Positions 1 through 10,083 of a stretch of 56,438 bases of DNA are shown here, piece after piece (position 1 is the stretch's first letter; the number at the start of each line of letters is the position of its first letter). The position numbers and the translations under genes were made by a program. This DNA is from an uncultured Candidatus Saccharibacteria bacterium (lineage in GTDB: Bacteria; Patescibacteriota; Minisyncoccia; Phycocordibacterales; PALSA-1337), in assembly GCA_964645315.1 (NCBI GenBank), contig CAZYBH010000002.1:1-56438 (forward strand), read 5' to 3'. The notes under the pieces were generated by a model that saw nothing but the letters and a program-made list of their open reading frames with translations, did not search any database and was not told the origin of the DNA.

Positions 1-242
1 GAGAAAAGATTTACCACTATATCTGGCACAATTTTGCAGATATTATTTTGGAAGAGAGCAAAAAAGTCGTGTCTAATGGAAATGAAAACGATATTTTGTC
101 TCGCAAGCAGACTTTATTGCACATTCTGATCAAATCGTTGAAAGTTTTGCATCCATTTATGCCATTTGTGACCGAAGAGATTTGGTCTAGCCTTCCTATT
201 TCAAACAAAAAACTCCTTATGGTAGAAAAGTGGCCTGTCTAA
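1..242 (+). CDS. valS: valyl-tRNA synthetase, C-terminal fragment (gene starts upstream of window)
   Basis: Frame 3 is open from the window edge to TAA at 240-242. The translation ...YHYIWHNFADIILEESK...LLHILIKSLKVLHPFMPFVTEEIWSSLP matches the conserved ValRS C-terminal region (LHPFMPFxTEExW). Confidence 0.8.
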   Translation, partial: EKIYHYIWHNFADIILEESKKVVSNGNENDILSRKQTLLHILIKSLKVLHPFMPFVTEEIWSSLPISNKKLLMVEKWPV

Positions 243-287
243 TTTTTTCCAAACAAAAATCCTCCCAATTATTGCACGTTCGTGTAA

Positions 288-337
288 CTAGTCACTAGTG
301 GCTAAATCCTAGTCACTGATTCCTAGTGGCTAACGCC
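288..337 (+). repeat. short direct repeats (tagtcact x2, tagtggctaa x2, cctaac-like) upstream of the first surface-protein gene
   Basis: ctagtcactagtggctaa (288-305) is followed by cctagtcactgattcctagtggctaacgcc (308-337), about 65 nt upstream of ATG 402. Possible operator or promoter-associated repeats. Confidence 0.4.
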
Positions 338-401
338 TAACTCCTAACTTTATCCACAAAAAGATGTATCAATTAGCGGGATTGAGTTACAATTAAGACA
401 A

Positions 402-2207
402 ATGAATAAAGTATTTTCTAATTTTTTATTAATAAGCTCTTTCGTTCTAGTTACTTTTCTCTTTCTGACAAGAGTAGTAAGTGCTGAAGGGACTCCTTCT
501 GTCTCGACGATGAATGCAGTCAATAATACACCGACGGAAGCAACCTTATTTGCAAATATCTCAAATACGGGTGGCGCTGGCTTGGTAATCAAGAAAAGGG
601 GCTTCAATTATGGTCCAAAAACGAACGATAATACATATACTAGCAAGGTATGTGAAAGTGGCTCCTTTTTGACTGGTAACTATAGCCTTATTACGGGTGG
701 AAGTTGTGATGGTGTACCATCAGCCATTCTCAAGTGTGCTACGGATTATCAATTTCAGGCATTTGTTGAAAACAAAGATAGCAGTGCTACAGGTATAAAG
801 CATACCTTCACAACACCGACTTGCCCGACTCCTACACCTACTCCTACCATCACACCCACACCTACTCCTGTTCCAGATACATTGGGGACTTGGGGTTGGT
901 CCTCGACTATTGGTTGGATAGATTTTCGTGATGTAAAGATTAATAAAAACGGTGGCTTTCTCGAAGGTTATGGATGGTCAAATAATATAGGCTGGGTCAA
1001 GTTTGGTGGTCTATCAGAATATCCGACAAATGGCGCAAAGCCAGCTCCTGCCAAGCTCAATGTAAGCAGTGGTGTTATCACTGGCTGGGCTAGAGCCTGT
1101 GCAGGTACTGTGGGAGGTGAGATGTCCAAGACTGGTGCTGATTGTAGTTCCATGGAATCACGAACCGATGGTTGGGATGGTTGGATCGAATTAAACGATG
1201 ATAAAAATAGTTCCGACCGATCACATATGGATATGAAAACTGGTGAAGTCACGGGTTTCGCTTGGGGTGGCAATGTTGTTGGTTGGATCAAGTTTATTTC
1301 TAAACCAGATAATAGGCCATTGTCTGGTACATGTACTGGAGGTGCGGACGGTTCTGGTGGCATAACATTCTCAGCGAATGCTGTCGGTGGTAGTGGTCAA
1401 TATTCATACAAATGGGGGAACAATGATTATAGTCCTGATAGTACATACAAGATAGCAAATTCAAATAAATCATTTGAGACCATTTCTCTCATAATCAAAG
1501 ACAATAATACAGCCGAGACATTTACTCCTATCTGTCCTACGGTAAATAGGAAATCAAATACTATAAATGGAAGTTGTACTATCAACGGTCAAGCATACGA
1601 TCAAAATAAAATAGCGACTTTCTATGTCGGTGATAATATAAATATTGCCCTAAGTGGCGTTTGGGGAGGCAATGGCGGTCCATTCACCTACAAACTCAAT
1701 GCCGGAAATGGTTTTGAGAATTTCTTATCACCACTCAACTATACTCTGGTTCAACCGGCAAATACTACTATATATATCCAAGCAAGAGATGCTTTGGGTC
1801 TTGTCACTTCGGATATCAAGTGTGGTAATGCAAATATTATAAATAGGGAATTGAGCCTCAAAATCGGCGCAAATGGCAATTCCGCAAATCAAAATCAATT
1901 TAGGACTAAGTTGGGCAATACCTTCGGTCTAAAATGGTCAAATACACTACCAAAATACAACAAAGTCTATGTCGATAATTCCAATAATCCTGCTGGTTAC
2001 ACCTGTTCAAATTCACTAGAGTCACCAGCTAAATCAAATTGGACCGCTACATGGACTACATACGATGGTGTCGGTGATGTAAGTGGTATGAATACACCTA
2101 CTACAGGTAAGTTTGAATTCCAGATCACTTGTACAAGTGATAAGGCTGGTACAAAGAAAGCCTCTGTCCTTCTCAATGTATTCAACCCTGACGAAAAAGA
2201 GATTTAA
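402..2207 (+). CDS. secreted repeat protein, paralog of the next gene
   Basis: 601-aa ORF with an N-terminal hydrophobic signal-like segment and one RGFxYG beta-sandwich module. A CPTPTPTPTITPTPTP linker follows. GW-rich motifs (GWSSTIGWIDF, GWSNNIGWVKFGG, GFAWGGNVVGWIKF) and a Cys-containing block GWARACAGTVGGE..TGADCSSM.SRTDGWDGWIEL are nearly identical to 2292-6077. Confidence 0.85.
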   Translation: MNKVFSNFLLISSFVLVTFLFLTRVVSAEGTPSVSTMNAVNNTPTEATLFANISNTGGAGLVIKKRGFNYGPKTNDNTYTSKVCESGSFLTGNYSLITGGSCDGVPSAILKCATDYQFQAFVENKDSSATGIKHTFTTPTCPTPTPTPTITPTPTPVPDTLGTWGWSSTIGWIDFRDVKINKNGGFLEGYGWSNNIGWVKFGGLSEYPTNGAKPAPAKLNVSSGVITGWARACAGTVGGEMSKTGADCSSMESRTDGWDGWIELNDDKNSSDRSHMDMKTGEVTGFAWGGNVVGWIKFISKPDNRPLSGTCTGGADGSGGITFSANAVGGSGQYSYKWGNNDYSPDSTYKIANSNKSFETISLIIKDNNTAETFTPICPTVNRKSNTINGSCTINGQAYDQNKIATFYVGDNINIALSGVWGGNGGPFTYKLNAGNGFENFLSPLNYTLVQPANTTIYIQARDALGLVTSDIKCGNANIINRELSLKIGANGNSANQNQFRTKLGNTFGLKWSNTLPKYNKVYVDNSNNPAGYTCSNSLESPAKSNWTATWTTYDGVGDVSGMNTPTTGKFEFQITCTSDKAGTKKASVLLNVFNPDEKEI

Positions 2208-2291
2208 TTATCCACATTATTGATCGCTCTATATATGTGTATGAGTTAAAATGTATATAAGTCCAAATTTTGTCATTTTAATTTCTACTAC

Positions 2292-5200
2292 ATGAAAATA
2301 AAAATTAAGCTAGCTTTGTTTGTTGTGATCATGAGCGGATTTGTATCGCTAACAGATAAGTCTATACACATAGTCTATGCTCAAACTCCTACACCGGCAG
2401 CTCCGAGTGTAACGACCAATGCAACGACAAATCAAAGCCAGTATATCACCTATTCTGTGGCAACTCTAAATGGTCAAATTGATAGTATCGGTAGTGCAAC
2501 AGTCACGAAAAGAGGCTTCAGATATGGTATATCTGGTACTTACACAGATGAGGTTTGTTCAGTCGGTACTTTTTCCACTGGTACATTTTCATTGACTACT
2601 GGAGGTAGTTGTGGATCCACGTCCGCAGCAACTCTTCAGTGTAATCGAACATACGATGTTCAGGCCTACGCAGAAAATTCTGCAGGAAGAACATACGGTT
2701 CTAAGCGTTCATTCAATTCTGGTACATGTCCTACAATTCCCATAATTGCATCAAATGTAACTGCTACAGGAACAACGACCACTTCGATCAACCTGACTGC
2801 TACGATTACATCGACCGGTGGTACAAATTACCCAGTTACGACTAGGGGATTTGAATATGGTACAACAGCTATTTATGGTCAGACCGTATCCGAGAGTGGT
2901 TCGTTTGCGGCAGGCTCCTATACACTTAGTGCAACTGGTCTTACCTGCGGTACTCTTTACCACTATCACCCATATGCTATCAATGGTGTTGGATCAAATA
3001 ACGCTGCAACCGACAGAACATTTACTACATTAGCATGTCCCTCACCTACGCCAACACCTGTTTCTGTTCCGAGTTTAGCTGCTCCTACAGCTTCTTCAAT
3101 AACTGCAAATTCCGCAACTCTTAATGGAAATATTACGTCTACAAATAATGGTACAGTTACAGTAAGAGGTTTCGAGTATGGCACTACAGTTTCTTATGGT
3201 AATTACATAACAGAAAGTGGATCATTTTCTACAGGTGCATATACAGGTTCTGCTTCCAGTCTTACTTGCGCTACTACATATCACTTCCGTTCGTACGCCA
3301 CAAACTCAGCAGGCACGGCTTCATCATCTGATCAGACACTTACAACATCCGCTTGTCCTTCAGCTACACCTGCACCAACTCCAGCTATCAATGCTCCAAC
3401 AATAGACAGTCTAAGTACATCGAACATATCTTCAACGTCAGTTACACTTTCGGCCAACATTGCATCTACAGGAGGTGAAAATCTTTCTGCAAGAGGTTTC
3501 AATTGGGGCTTAACTAATATTTACGGTCAAAATGTAAATCAGACCGCAGGCAACTACGGAGTCGGTTCATTTAGTGCTACTTTGACAGGTTTGACCTGTG
3601 ATACCGCATATCATTACCGAGCATACGGTACCAATTCTGCAAGTACTACATATACTGTAGATGGTACTTTTGCTACGGCAGTTTGTCCTTCTCCAAGTAC
3701 ATCTCCGACACCTACACCAACACCGGCTGTTACTACCGGTAGCACCACAAATATCACTGCAACAGGTGCGAAATTATATGCAAATATTACAAGTATAGGT
3801 GGGGCAGCAGTTACTAGAAGAGGTTTCCAGTATGGTATAGCATCATACACAAGCGTTGTGTGTGAAGATGGATCATTCAATACCGGTTCATACAATCTAA
3901 ATACTGGCGGGACTTGTGGCTCAAATACAGGAGCAGCTCTAACATGTGGTCATACATATCAGTATCAGGCCTTTGCTACAAATGCAGGGGACACAGCTTT
4001 TGGAGCAATGGAAACGTTCTCAACTCCAGCATGTACTACATCACCTACTATTACAAACACTTCAGCAACATCTATAGGTACATCTTCTGCTATTCTAAAT
4101 GCAGAAATTACATCGAATGGTGGCGATCCTGTGACAAGTAGAGGTTTCAATTATGGTTTAACATCTAATTATGGCACAAACATTACTCAATCTAGTGGTC
4201 CATACAATGTTGGAGCATTTGCCATAGCATTACCGAACTCATCATTATCATGTGAGACTACATATCACTACCGCGGATTTGCTGAAAACTCTGTAGGAAG
4301 GACAAATACAGACGACGCAACATTTACGACATCCGCTTGTCCTCAAGCTACCCCGACACCTACACCTACACCGCCAGTAGCATCTACTACAGCTTCATCG
4401 ACAAATGTCACAAGATCTGGTGCTACACTTATTGGCGCATTGCATTCAGGAACTGCTACCGAAAGAGGCTTCGAATATGGATTAACTCAAAATTATGGCA
4501 CAATTACAAAACAAAATGGTACCTACAATCCTGGCACATTTAGTCTCAATGTAACTGGCCTTGCTCCAAGTCTTACATATCATTTCCGTGCATATGTTAA
4601 GAATGCGGGTGGCACAAGTTCTTCATCAGATGCAGTTTTCATTACAAAAGCTAGCCCTGGAAATCTATATGGTTGGGCATGGTCAAGCACAATCGGTTGG
4701 ATAAATCTAAACGATGTTGCCGTCAATCAGACCACTGGCGATCTTACCGGTTATGCCTGGTCATCGAATATTGGCTGGATCAAGTTTGGTGGTCTGTCCA
4801 ATTTCCCATCAGGTGGTGCACCTGCAGAGCAAGCAAATCTAAATCTCGATACAGGTGAAATAAAGGGTTGGGCTAGAGCCTGTGCTGGTACGGTCGGCGG
4901 CGAGACTTCTACTACCGGTGCTGATTGTAGTTCTATGACATCTCGAACCGATGGTTGGGATGGTTGGATAGAATTGGCAGGTACATATCACACATCTCTT
5001 GCAAAAAGCAATGATGGTGGAATGTTCAAATCATGGATAGCAAAGGCTCAAAATGCAATACGTTATGATGGTCTAAAGATGGATCTAAATACTGGTTACA
5101 TAACTGGTATGGCTTGGGGATCAAATGTTGTCGGTTGGGTCAATGTCAATGCTTCTACAAGTACAGCATCATTCTCGGCCTCATGTACTGGAGTAGATCT

Positions 5201-6077
5201 CAAAAACGGTAAGGTAAGATTTTCTGCCGCTGCGGTCGGTGGTTCTGGTGATTATGAATATCAATGGGACAATAGTGGTACCTGGGTAAGTGCACCATAT
5301 TTCGATAAGGATTATGTTTTGAATGGTGGAACACTTACGGCTAACTTACAAGTTAGACAACTTGGTATGGCAGAGATTTTGGTTCCTCAATGTTCGTATA
5401 CTCCAAGCAATGTGAATATCACATGGGATAATGGAAATCCATGTACCACCGCTCCTACAACAGTTATTACAGGTGATAAAGCTACTGTTACTGTAGTCGG
5501 CAATCTCTCACCTGCAAGTACATATAAGTTTATTTGGAATTGGGGAGATGGTACAGCATCAGAAGAGACCGATTCTTCTGTTCGATCAAAGGATCATGCC
5601 TTCAATACTGCCGGTCAGTACACGGTCACGCTCACCGCGATAGATATAGGTGTAAATTCTGCAACAAAGGGTAAATCAAATATACAGTCCTGCGGTGGCA
5701 ATAATGGCATAACTGTAGAAGATCCAAATGTCACTATGTACATCGGATCATCTGGTGCTGATGCTGCTACAAAGAAGAGAGCAAGTTTGACTATCAAGAA
5801 GGGAGGCTCAGTAGGTTTGAGTTGGAAGAATACGTTGAAGTCCAAAGTCGATCCATCAGATACAATTGGTTATGCTTGTACAAAGACTGTAACTCCTACC
5901 GATGCAACATTGCAAACATGGCCTGCAGATAATAATAAATCAGGAAGCTTGAATTTTGCCAATAATATACCTACGGGTGAATATAATTTTATGATTAAGT
6001 GTACAAGTGATACGCTCGAAGACAGACAAGCACAAGCTACACTTAAGGTATATGAATCTGATGCAAAAGAGATATAA
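2292..6077 (+). CDS. large secreted adhesin-like protein with seven tandem Fn3-like RGFxYG modules, GW-repeat block and PKD-like domain
   Basis: 1261-aa ORF with a signal-like N-terminus. It has 7 tandem ~95-100-aa modules (ATLNGxITSxGG..VTxRGFEYG...LTCxTxYHYRAYAxN) separated by ACPSPTPTP linkers. The same GW/IGWIxF and GWARACAGTVGGE block as 402-2207 follows. PKD-like WNWGDGT...HAFNTAGQYTVTLTA is present. The C-terminal end ...ESDAKEI resembles the paralog's ...NPDEKEI. Confidence 0.9.
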   Translation: MKIKIKLALFVVIMSGFVSLTDKSIHIVYAQTPTPAAPSVTTNATTNQSQYITYSVATLNGQIDSIGSATVTKRGFRYGISGTYTDEVCSVGTFSTGTFSLTTGGSCGSTSAATLQCNRTYDVQAYAENSAGRTYGSKRSFNSGTCPTIPIIASNVTATGTTTTSINLTATITSTGGTNYPVTTRGFEYGTTAIYGQTVSESGSFAAGSYTLSATGLTCGTLYHYHPYAINGVGSNNAATDRTFTTLACPSPTPTPVSVPSLAAPTASSITANSATLNGNITSTNNGTVTVRGFEYGTTVSYGNYITESGSFSTGAYTGSASSLTCATTYHFRSYATNSAGTASSSDQTLTTSACPSATPAPTPAINAPTIDSLSTSNISSTSVTLSANIASTGGENLSARGFNWGLTNIYGQNVNQTAGNYGVGSFSATLTGLTCDTAYHYRAYGTNSASTTYTVDGTFATAVCPSPSTSPTPTPTPAVTTGSTTNITATGAKLYANITSIGGAAVTRRGFQYGIASYTSVVCEDGSFNTGSYNLNTGGTCGSNTGAALTCGHTYQYQAFATNAGDTAFGAMETFSTPACTTSPTITNTSATSIGTSSAILNAEITSNGGDPVTSRGFNYGLTSNYGTNITQSSGPYNVGAFAIALPNSSLSCETTYHYRGFAENSVGRTNTDDATFTTSACPQATPTPTPTPPVASTTASSTNVTRSGATLIGALHSGTATERGFEYGLTQNYGTITKQNGTYNPGTFSLNVTGLAPSLTYHFRAYVKNAGGTSSSSDAVFITKASPGNLYGWAWSSTIGWINLNDVAVNQTTGDLTGYAWSSNIGWIKFGGLSNFPSGGAPAEQANLNLDTGEIKGWARACAGTVGGETSTTGADCSSMTSRTDGWDGWIELAGTYHTSLAKSNDGGMFKSWIAKAQNAIRYDGLKMDLNTGYITGMAWGSNVVGWVNVNASTSTASFSASCTGVDLKNGKVRFSAAAVGGSGDYEYQWDNSGTWVSAPYFDKDYVLNGGTLTANLQVRQLGMAEILVPQCSYTPSNVNITWDNGNPCTTAPTTVITGDKATVTVVGNLSPASTYKFIWNWGDGTASEETDSSVRSKDHAFNTAGQYTVTLTAIDIGVNSATKGKSNIQSCGGNNGITVEDPNVTMYIGSSGADAATKKRASLTIKKGGSVGLSWKNTLKSKVDPSDTIGYACTKTVTPTDATLQTWPADNNKSGSLNFANNIPTGEYNFMIKCTSDTLEDRQAQATLKVYESDAKEI

Positions 6078-6151
6078 AATCTAACCAAAATGTAATAAAA
6101 GAACAACCCCCAGTCTTGCGACAGGGGGCTTCTCGTTTGGGGGGGATTACT

Positions 6152-7246
6152 CTAGTTCGAATCCCCCCGAAAGAACATTGCCTTGGTCGATGATACACCG
6201 ACCGGCAAAGAAAGGGTTTCTGACCCGTCTGACCCAAAGTTCTGAAAGGTGCCAAAGCGCTTCCAGCTCATCAGGTCAGAAGAGCTCTCGAGGATTACGT
6301 TCACACCTCGTGGTGCTGTCACCACAAGATTTCCAGTCTGAATAGAGAGTCTTGGTAATTCCACACGCCGTCCGTACTGCGTGTAGATAACCGTATCTCC
6401 ACTCTTCTTGGTGAGGGCAACTCTAGCGCTGTAAGTGCCGCTCATGAGCCATCCTCTGAGATACAGCAGTCCCGGAACATTCCACTCACGTGGGTTACTC
6501 CAGTTCTGCAATACCGAAACCTTGGGGTTAGAGAGCGACCAATCCATGGTGGCAATTCCACCCTGGATCTGTACGGCCATGTGAATGGCTGAGAGATTGG
6601 GTACTGCCAGGATCATTTCCTCGTCCTGGGCGACGCTGTCTACACCAATCGTGTCCATTGCAAGCTGAAGGAACCTCTGTCGATCTGCAATCATTTCAGC
6701 ATAGGTTCCAACATACTCACTGATGAACAAAACTCGAGAATGCTGAACTCCATCGACAGGATCGTTGTCGACGAAGTAAAGATAGCTCAGAGTCGAGTAG
6801 AGTTTGGTTGCAGGATCAACCACACCAGAACCCTTTGTAAGAAATGCATCGATTGACGACAGGAAGCCAGTCTTACAATCGTCGAGAAACACCAGATACG
6901 ACTCGTATCCGTGAGTACTCTTGATTGCAACCGATTCATACTTCGGCGGGTACGTAGTGAACCCCACGTTGATTCCATGCACGCCAGCCCAAGCGTGGGG
7001 CGCGACGATGTAGTCGCGCACAGCTTGGGGGCTCCCGCCGGGGAGCACGAGGGGCAATCCATCCGGACCCACGGCGTCCATTGCCGGCGAACCGGTGGAC
7101 GCGAGGGTCTTGGTTTTGGCAACCTTCGGCAGGTCGCCAAAACCGAGCGGGTTGGTCAGCGAATCGCTGACCAACCACCCACCTTCGCCGAAGATGTTCA
7201 TCGCAAGGACGAACATGGTGAAGGCACAACACAATTTTTTCTTCAT
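6152..7246 (-). CDS. secreted hypothetical protein encoded on a GC-rich island
   Basis: 364-aa ORF with strong SD (ggaggaag) 6-7 nt before the ATG and signal-like MKKKLCCAFTMFVLAMNIFG. GC is far above the flanks (by eye >50% versus ~30%). The C-terminal module is ...NVILESSSDLMSWKRF...AMFFRG. A hairpin plus T-run lies downstream at about 6095-6150 on the minus strand. Confidence 0.8.
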   Translation of the reverse strand: MKKKLCCAFTMFVLAMNIFGEGGWLVSDSLTNPLGFGDLPKVAKTKTLASTGSPAMDAVGPDGLPLVLPGGSPQAVRDYIVAPHAWAGVHGINVGFTTYPPKYESVAIKSTHGYESYLVFLDDCKTGFLSSIDAFLTKGSGVVDPATKLYSTLSYLYFVDNDPVDGVQHSRVLFISEYVGTYAEMIADRQRFLQLAMDTIGVDSVAQDEEMILAVPNLSAIHMAVQIQGGIATMDWSLSNPKVSVLQNWSNPREWNVPGLLYLRGWLMSGTYSARVALTKKSGDTVIYTQYGRRVELPRLSIQTGNLVVTAPRGVNVILESSSDLMSWKRFGTFQNFGSDGSETLSLPVGVSSTKAMFFRGDSN

Positions 7247-7291
7247 GATGTCTTCCTCCGACTTTCTTTGTTAAGGCGTTTGCGTTCGTAT

Positions 7292-7348
7292 ATTTCAACG
7301 AACAAAGTTTCCGGTGTCAATGGTAGCACAGAATAGGTCAAAAGTCAA
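7292..7348 (-). promoter_or_regulatory. candidate sigma70-like promoters for the GC-island gene
   Basis: Two candidates on the minus strand: TTGACT-17nt-TACCAT (7348-7320) and TTGACA-17nt-TGAAAT (7320-7292), upstream of SD/ATG 7246. Confidence 0.4.
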
Positions 7349-7492
7349 TATTTATCAGATTTTATGGGGATAAAATATTATAAATATGGCTAAATAAATG
7401 GTTTTTTATATTGTCTAGTTTTGTACAAATAAATTTTTAATTTGAAGAACATAAAAAATTTGGAGAGGATATGGCTTTGTGATAATATTTAT

Positions 7493-8212
7493 ATGAAAAA
7501 TATGTCAAATGCTGCTGATCATGTTATAGACACGATCGATGTGGATAGTGAGGTTGGATCTATATCGAGTGAAAAGATAATAAACTTCTTTGCAAAAATA
7601 AATCAGTTTTTGACATGGCCTATTGTATATATATTGTACAATTCTATATATAAGATCGATATTCGTGGTAGAGAAAATCTGATCAAGGCACAAGCTCCTC
7701 TAATCATAATTGCAAATCATATTTCATATTATGATAGTTTTATTTTTAGACTGATACTGGGTTACAATTCAAATTTATTGCCTCTTAGATTCATGGCGGT
7801 CAAAAGATTTGATAATCGCTGGATGAATTTTTTGTCTGCAATCGGAGTAATTGATTTTATATATTCACTATTCGGGGTTTTTACCGTGATACCAGGGCTT
7901 GGCATAAACAAAAATTTAGAACGAGCTCAAAATATCATTCAGAGTGGAGGTAATGTGGTCATATATCCTGAAGGTAAGGTAAATCAAAAGGGAAATATCG
8001 GTCCATTCAAGGACGGTGCTGCTGTATTGTGCAAAAGAACACAAGCGAATGTTATACCGGTCGTCTTTAAGAAATTTAATTCAAATGGCTTACGACGCAG
8101 GATGGTAATAAATGTTGGTAGCAAAATCGATATTTTTGATTTTGATGATCAAAAAAGACTTACAAATAAATTTAGAAATGTAGTGGTAGATCTACTTGAT
8201 GCTAGCCAATAG
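7493..8212 (+). CDS. 1-acyl-sn-glycerol-3-phosphate acyltransferase-like (PlsC family)
   Basis: Acyltransferase motifs IIANHISYYD (HX4D) and VIYPEGKV (xxPEG). The start is uncertain: the ORF is open from a TTG at 7442, with ATGs at 7493 and 7502. Confidence 0.65.
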   Translation: MKNMSNAADHVIDTIDVDSEVGSISSEKIINFFAKINQFLTWPIVYILYNSIYKIDIRGRENLIKAQAPLIIIANHISYYDSFIFRLILGYNSNLLPLRFMAVKRFDNRWMNFLSAIGVIDFIYSLFGVFTVIPGLGINKNLERAQNIIQSGGNVVIYPEGKVNQKGNIGPFKDGAAVLCKRTQANVIPVVFKKFNSNGLRRRMVINVGSKIDIFDFDDQKRLTNKFRNVVVDLLDASQ

Positions 8213-8359
8213 AAATTTTTACGATACCGAATACTTCAAGCAATTTTAGGATCACAGTTCCTACTATCAAAAATAACATACCACCAATACTTATGCATTC
8301 TGTAAAGAAGGCTACCATTTCCTTGTGCGGAGATTCCATGGCAATAAATTATATCAAAA

Positions 8360-10042
8360 TTAAGAAATATTCAAGGTCAAATAATTCACAGGTAGGGCAA
8401 TTTTGACTGTACTACCTTGATTTTGACCCATTGAATAAATCTCAATCTTCCCGTGATGTGCCTCAATAATTGCTCTTGCCACAGAAAAACCGATTCCCAT
8501 GCCAAATGGATTGATTTCCTTCGCTTCATTTCCTCTGTAGAAATGGTTCGAATTAATTTTGATCAAATCATCTCGGCTGATACCTATCCCAGTATCTATA
8601 ATTTCGATTTTCTGGTAACCATTCTCATTTTTTGAATCCACGATAATTTTACCTGACTTTGTATTATATTTAATTGCATTTTCCACAACGATCAGTAGGG
8701 CATTATAGATTTTATTTTTATCTATATTACAACTAGACCAATCTTTCGAATTACGATTTATCGTGACTTCAATCTTTTTCTTTTTGATGACCGAACTCAT
8801 CTCTCCAAATATCATATCTACAAGACTCAATATATCTGTCATTTCTAGATTAAGAATTTTGTCATTAGTATTTGAGTCTGCCACATTGACGAAATCGTCA
8901 TTGATCCTTTCTAGTCTATCAATGCTCATTTTCAGATTATCTATTTCAGATTTGATGGCTTTTTGTTTGGTTTTCGGAACAAGACCTAGTATGGTTTTGA
9001 ATGCGTTCGATATATTCTGAATCGGACTACGTATGCCATGTTGTGTTATCAAAACAAATTGATTTTTGGTTATATTTAATTTCTCTAATTCTTGTCTCGA
9101 TTCCCTTTCATTTTCAAGTGCACCTCTGATTTCCGCCGTCTGTTCTGCCACTTTTTGCTCGAGAGTATCGTTTAGAGCCTTGAGCATTTGCTTGCCCTTG
9201 ACCTCTGATATCACGGTGCGAATAAGGGTAACTGACAGTGTTACGAATGTAACGAATAGAATGATATTTTCAACTCGTCCAATTTCTGCCTGTATAAAGA
9301 TGTTGATGAACAACATTGCACTCATTGCTATTGCAATAATTTCAATTATCACTAGACGAACGTTCATCTGCTGATATGACATAATCGAGTATCCGATAAC
9401 AAAGATCCATATTGAAGAGAAGATTGGTCCGGTCCAATTTAGATAGTAAATTCCGAATGTTGGTAGAATAATATTGGCTAATGCTGGTGGAATAATTCCC
9501 AAAGTAAGTCCCCAAAACATAAAACCACTATTTAATCTATCTAGACCAACATTAACCTTAAAATTAAGGTAAATGTTTCTTAGAGCTACAATCCATAGTA
9601 TTGAAAAGACTATATCAAATAAAGGGTGAAGAGATCCAAATTGCCAAGACCATTTTCCATAACCTCCAATATATGTAACTCCAGTCACTAGCAGATCAGT
9701 AAAAATGTACAATATCGATATTATTGAGGCTATACCGGAAAGATAATAGATGAGACGACGATTTGGTTTCACATCATGAGGATAAATTTTTGAAAAAATT
9801 ATAAATCCTCCCGCAATAATGATTCCAATCACATACTGATATCTTATCAAATATTCTGCAACAATCGGATTATCTGTTGAAACGAGAAAGCTCTGAGATA
9901 AAGCCCAAACTGATGCTAGAAAGCTTAAGCCAACAAAAACTCGTGATGAAAGACTTTTTCCACCAACTATTATTACTAGATCTAATGCAAGAATTAGAAG
10001 TGAAGAAAGTGATATTAACATTACGAGTGTTGATGTTGACAT
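8360..10042 (-). CDS. sensor histidine kinase with polytopic N-terminal membrane domain
   Basis: 560 aa with about 7 hydrophobic segments, then a coiled coil, H-box-like ITQHGIRSPIQNI and HATPase_c motifs (IEIIDTGIGIS, GMGIGFSVARAIIEAHHGKIEIYS). Confidence 0.8.
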   Translation of the reverse strand: MSTSTLVMLISLSSLLILALDLVIIVGGKSLSSRVFVGLSFLASVWALSQSFLVSTDNPIVAEYLIRYQYVIGIIIAGGFIIFSKIYPHDVKPNRRLIYYLSGIASIISILYIFTDLLVTGVTYIGGYGKWSWQFGSLHPLFDIVFSILWIVALRNIYLNFKVNVGLDRLNSGFMFWGLTLGIIPPALANIILPTFGIYYLNWTGPIFSSIWIFVIGYSIMSYQQMNVRLVIIEIIAIAMSAMLFINIFIQAEIGRVENIILFVTFVTLSVTLIRTVISEVKGKQMLKALNDTLEQKVAEQTAEIRGALENERESRQELEKLNITKNQFVLITQHGIRSPIQNISNAFKTILGLVPKTKQKAIKSEIDNLKMSIDRLERINDDFVNVADSNTNDKILNLEMTDILSLVDMIFGEMSSVIKKKKIEVTINRNSKDWSSCNIDKNKIYNALLIVVENAIKYNTKSGKIIVDSKNENGYQKIEIIDTGIGISRDDLIKINSNHFYRGNEAKEINPFGMGIGFSVARAIIEAHHGKIEIYSMGQNQGSTVKIALPVNYLTLNIS

Positions 10043-10083
10043 TTATTTGTACATTCAAATTTGATATTATTATACTGAACAAA

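Noticed and set aside
6787-7336. Three 117-141-aa ORFs overlapping or antisense to the 364-aa GC-island gene
   Set aside because: Long spurious ORFs are expected in GC-rich DNA. They lack SD and start context and have Arg/Pro/Gly-rich junk composition. The 364-aa frame has the SD, signal peptide and terminator.
8202-8339. 45-aa minus-strand ORF with one TM segment (MESPHKEMVAFFTECISIGGMLFLIVGTVILKLLEVFGIVKISIG)
   Set aside because: It is plausible as a small membrane protein. However, it has no SD, it overlaps the acyltransferase 3' end, and it is below any length where I can judge coding potential by eye.
9877-10083. N-terminal 69-aa extension of the reductase-like ORF (and the 156-aa minus ORF 9870-10340)
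   Set aside because: The extension overlaps the start of the divergent kinase gene and has no homology-like features. The conserved-looking sequence starts at MNNVDFAFIVH (ATG 10084).
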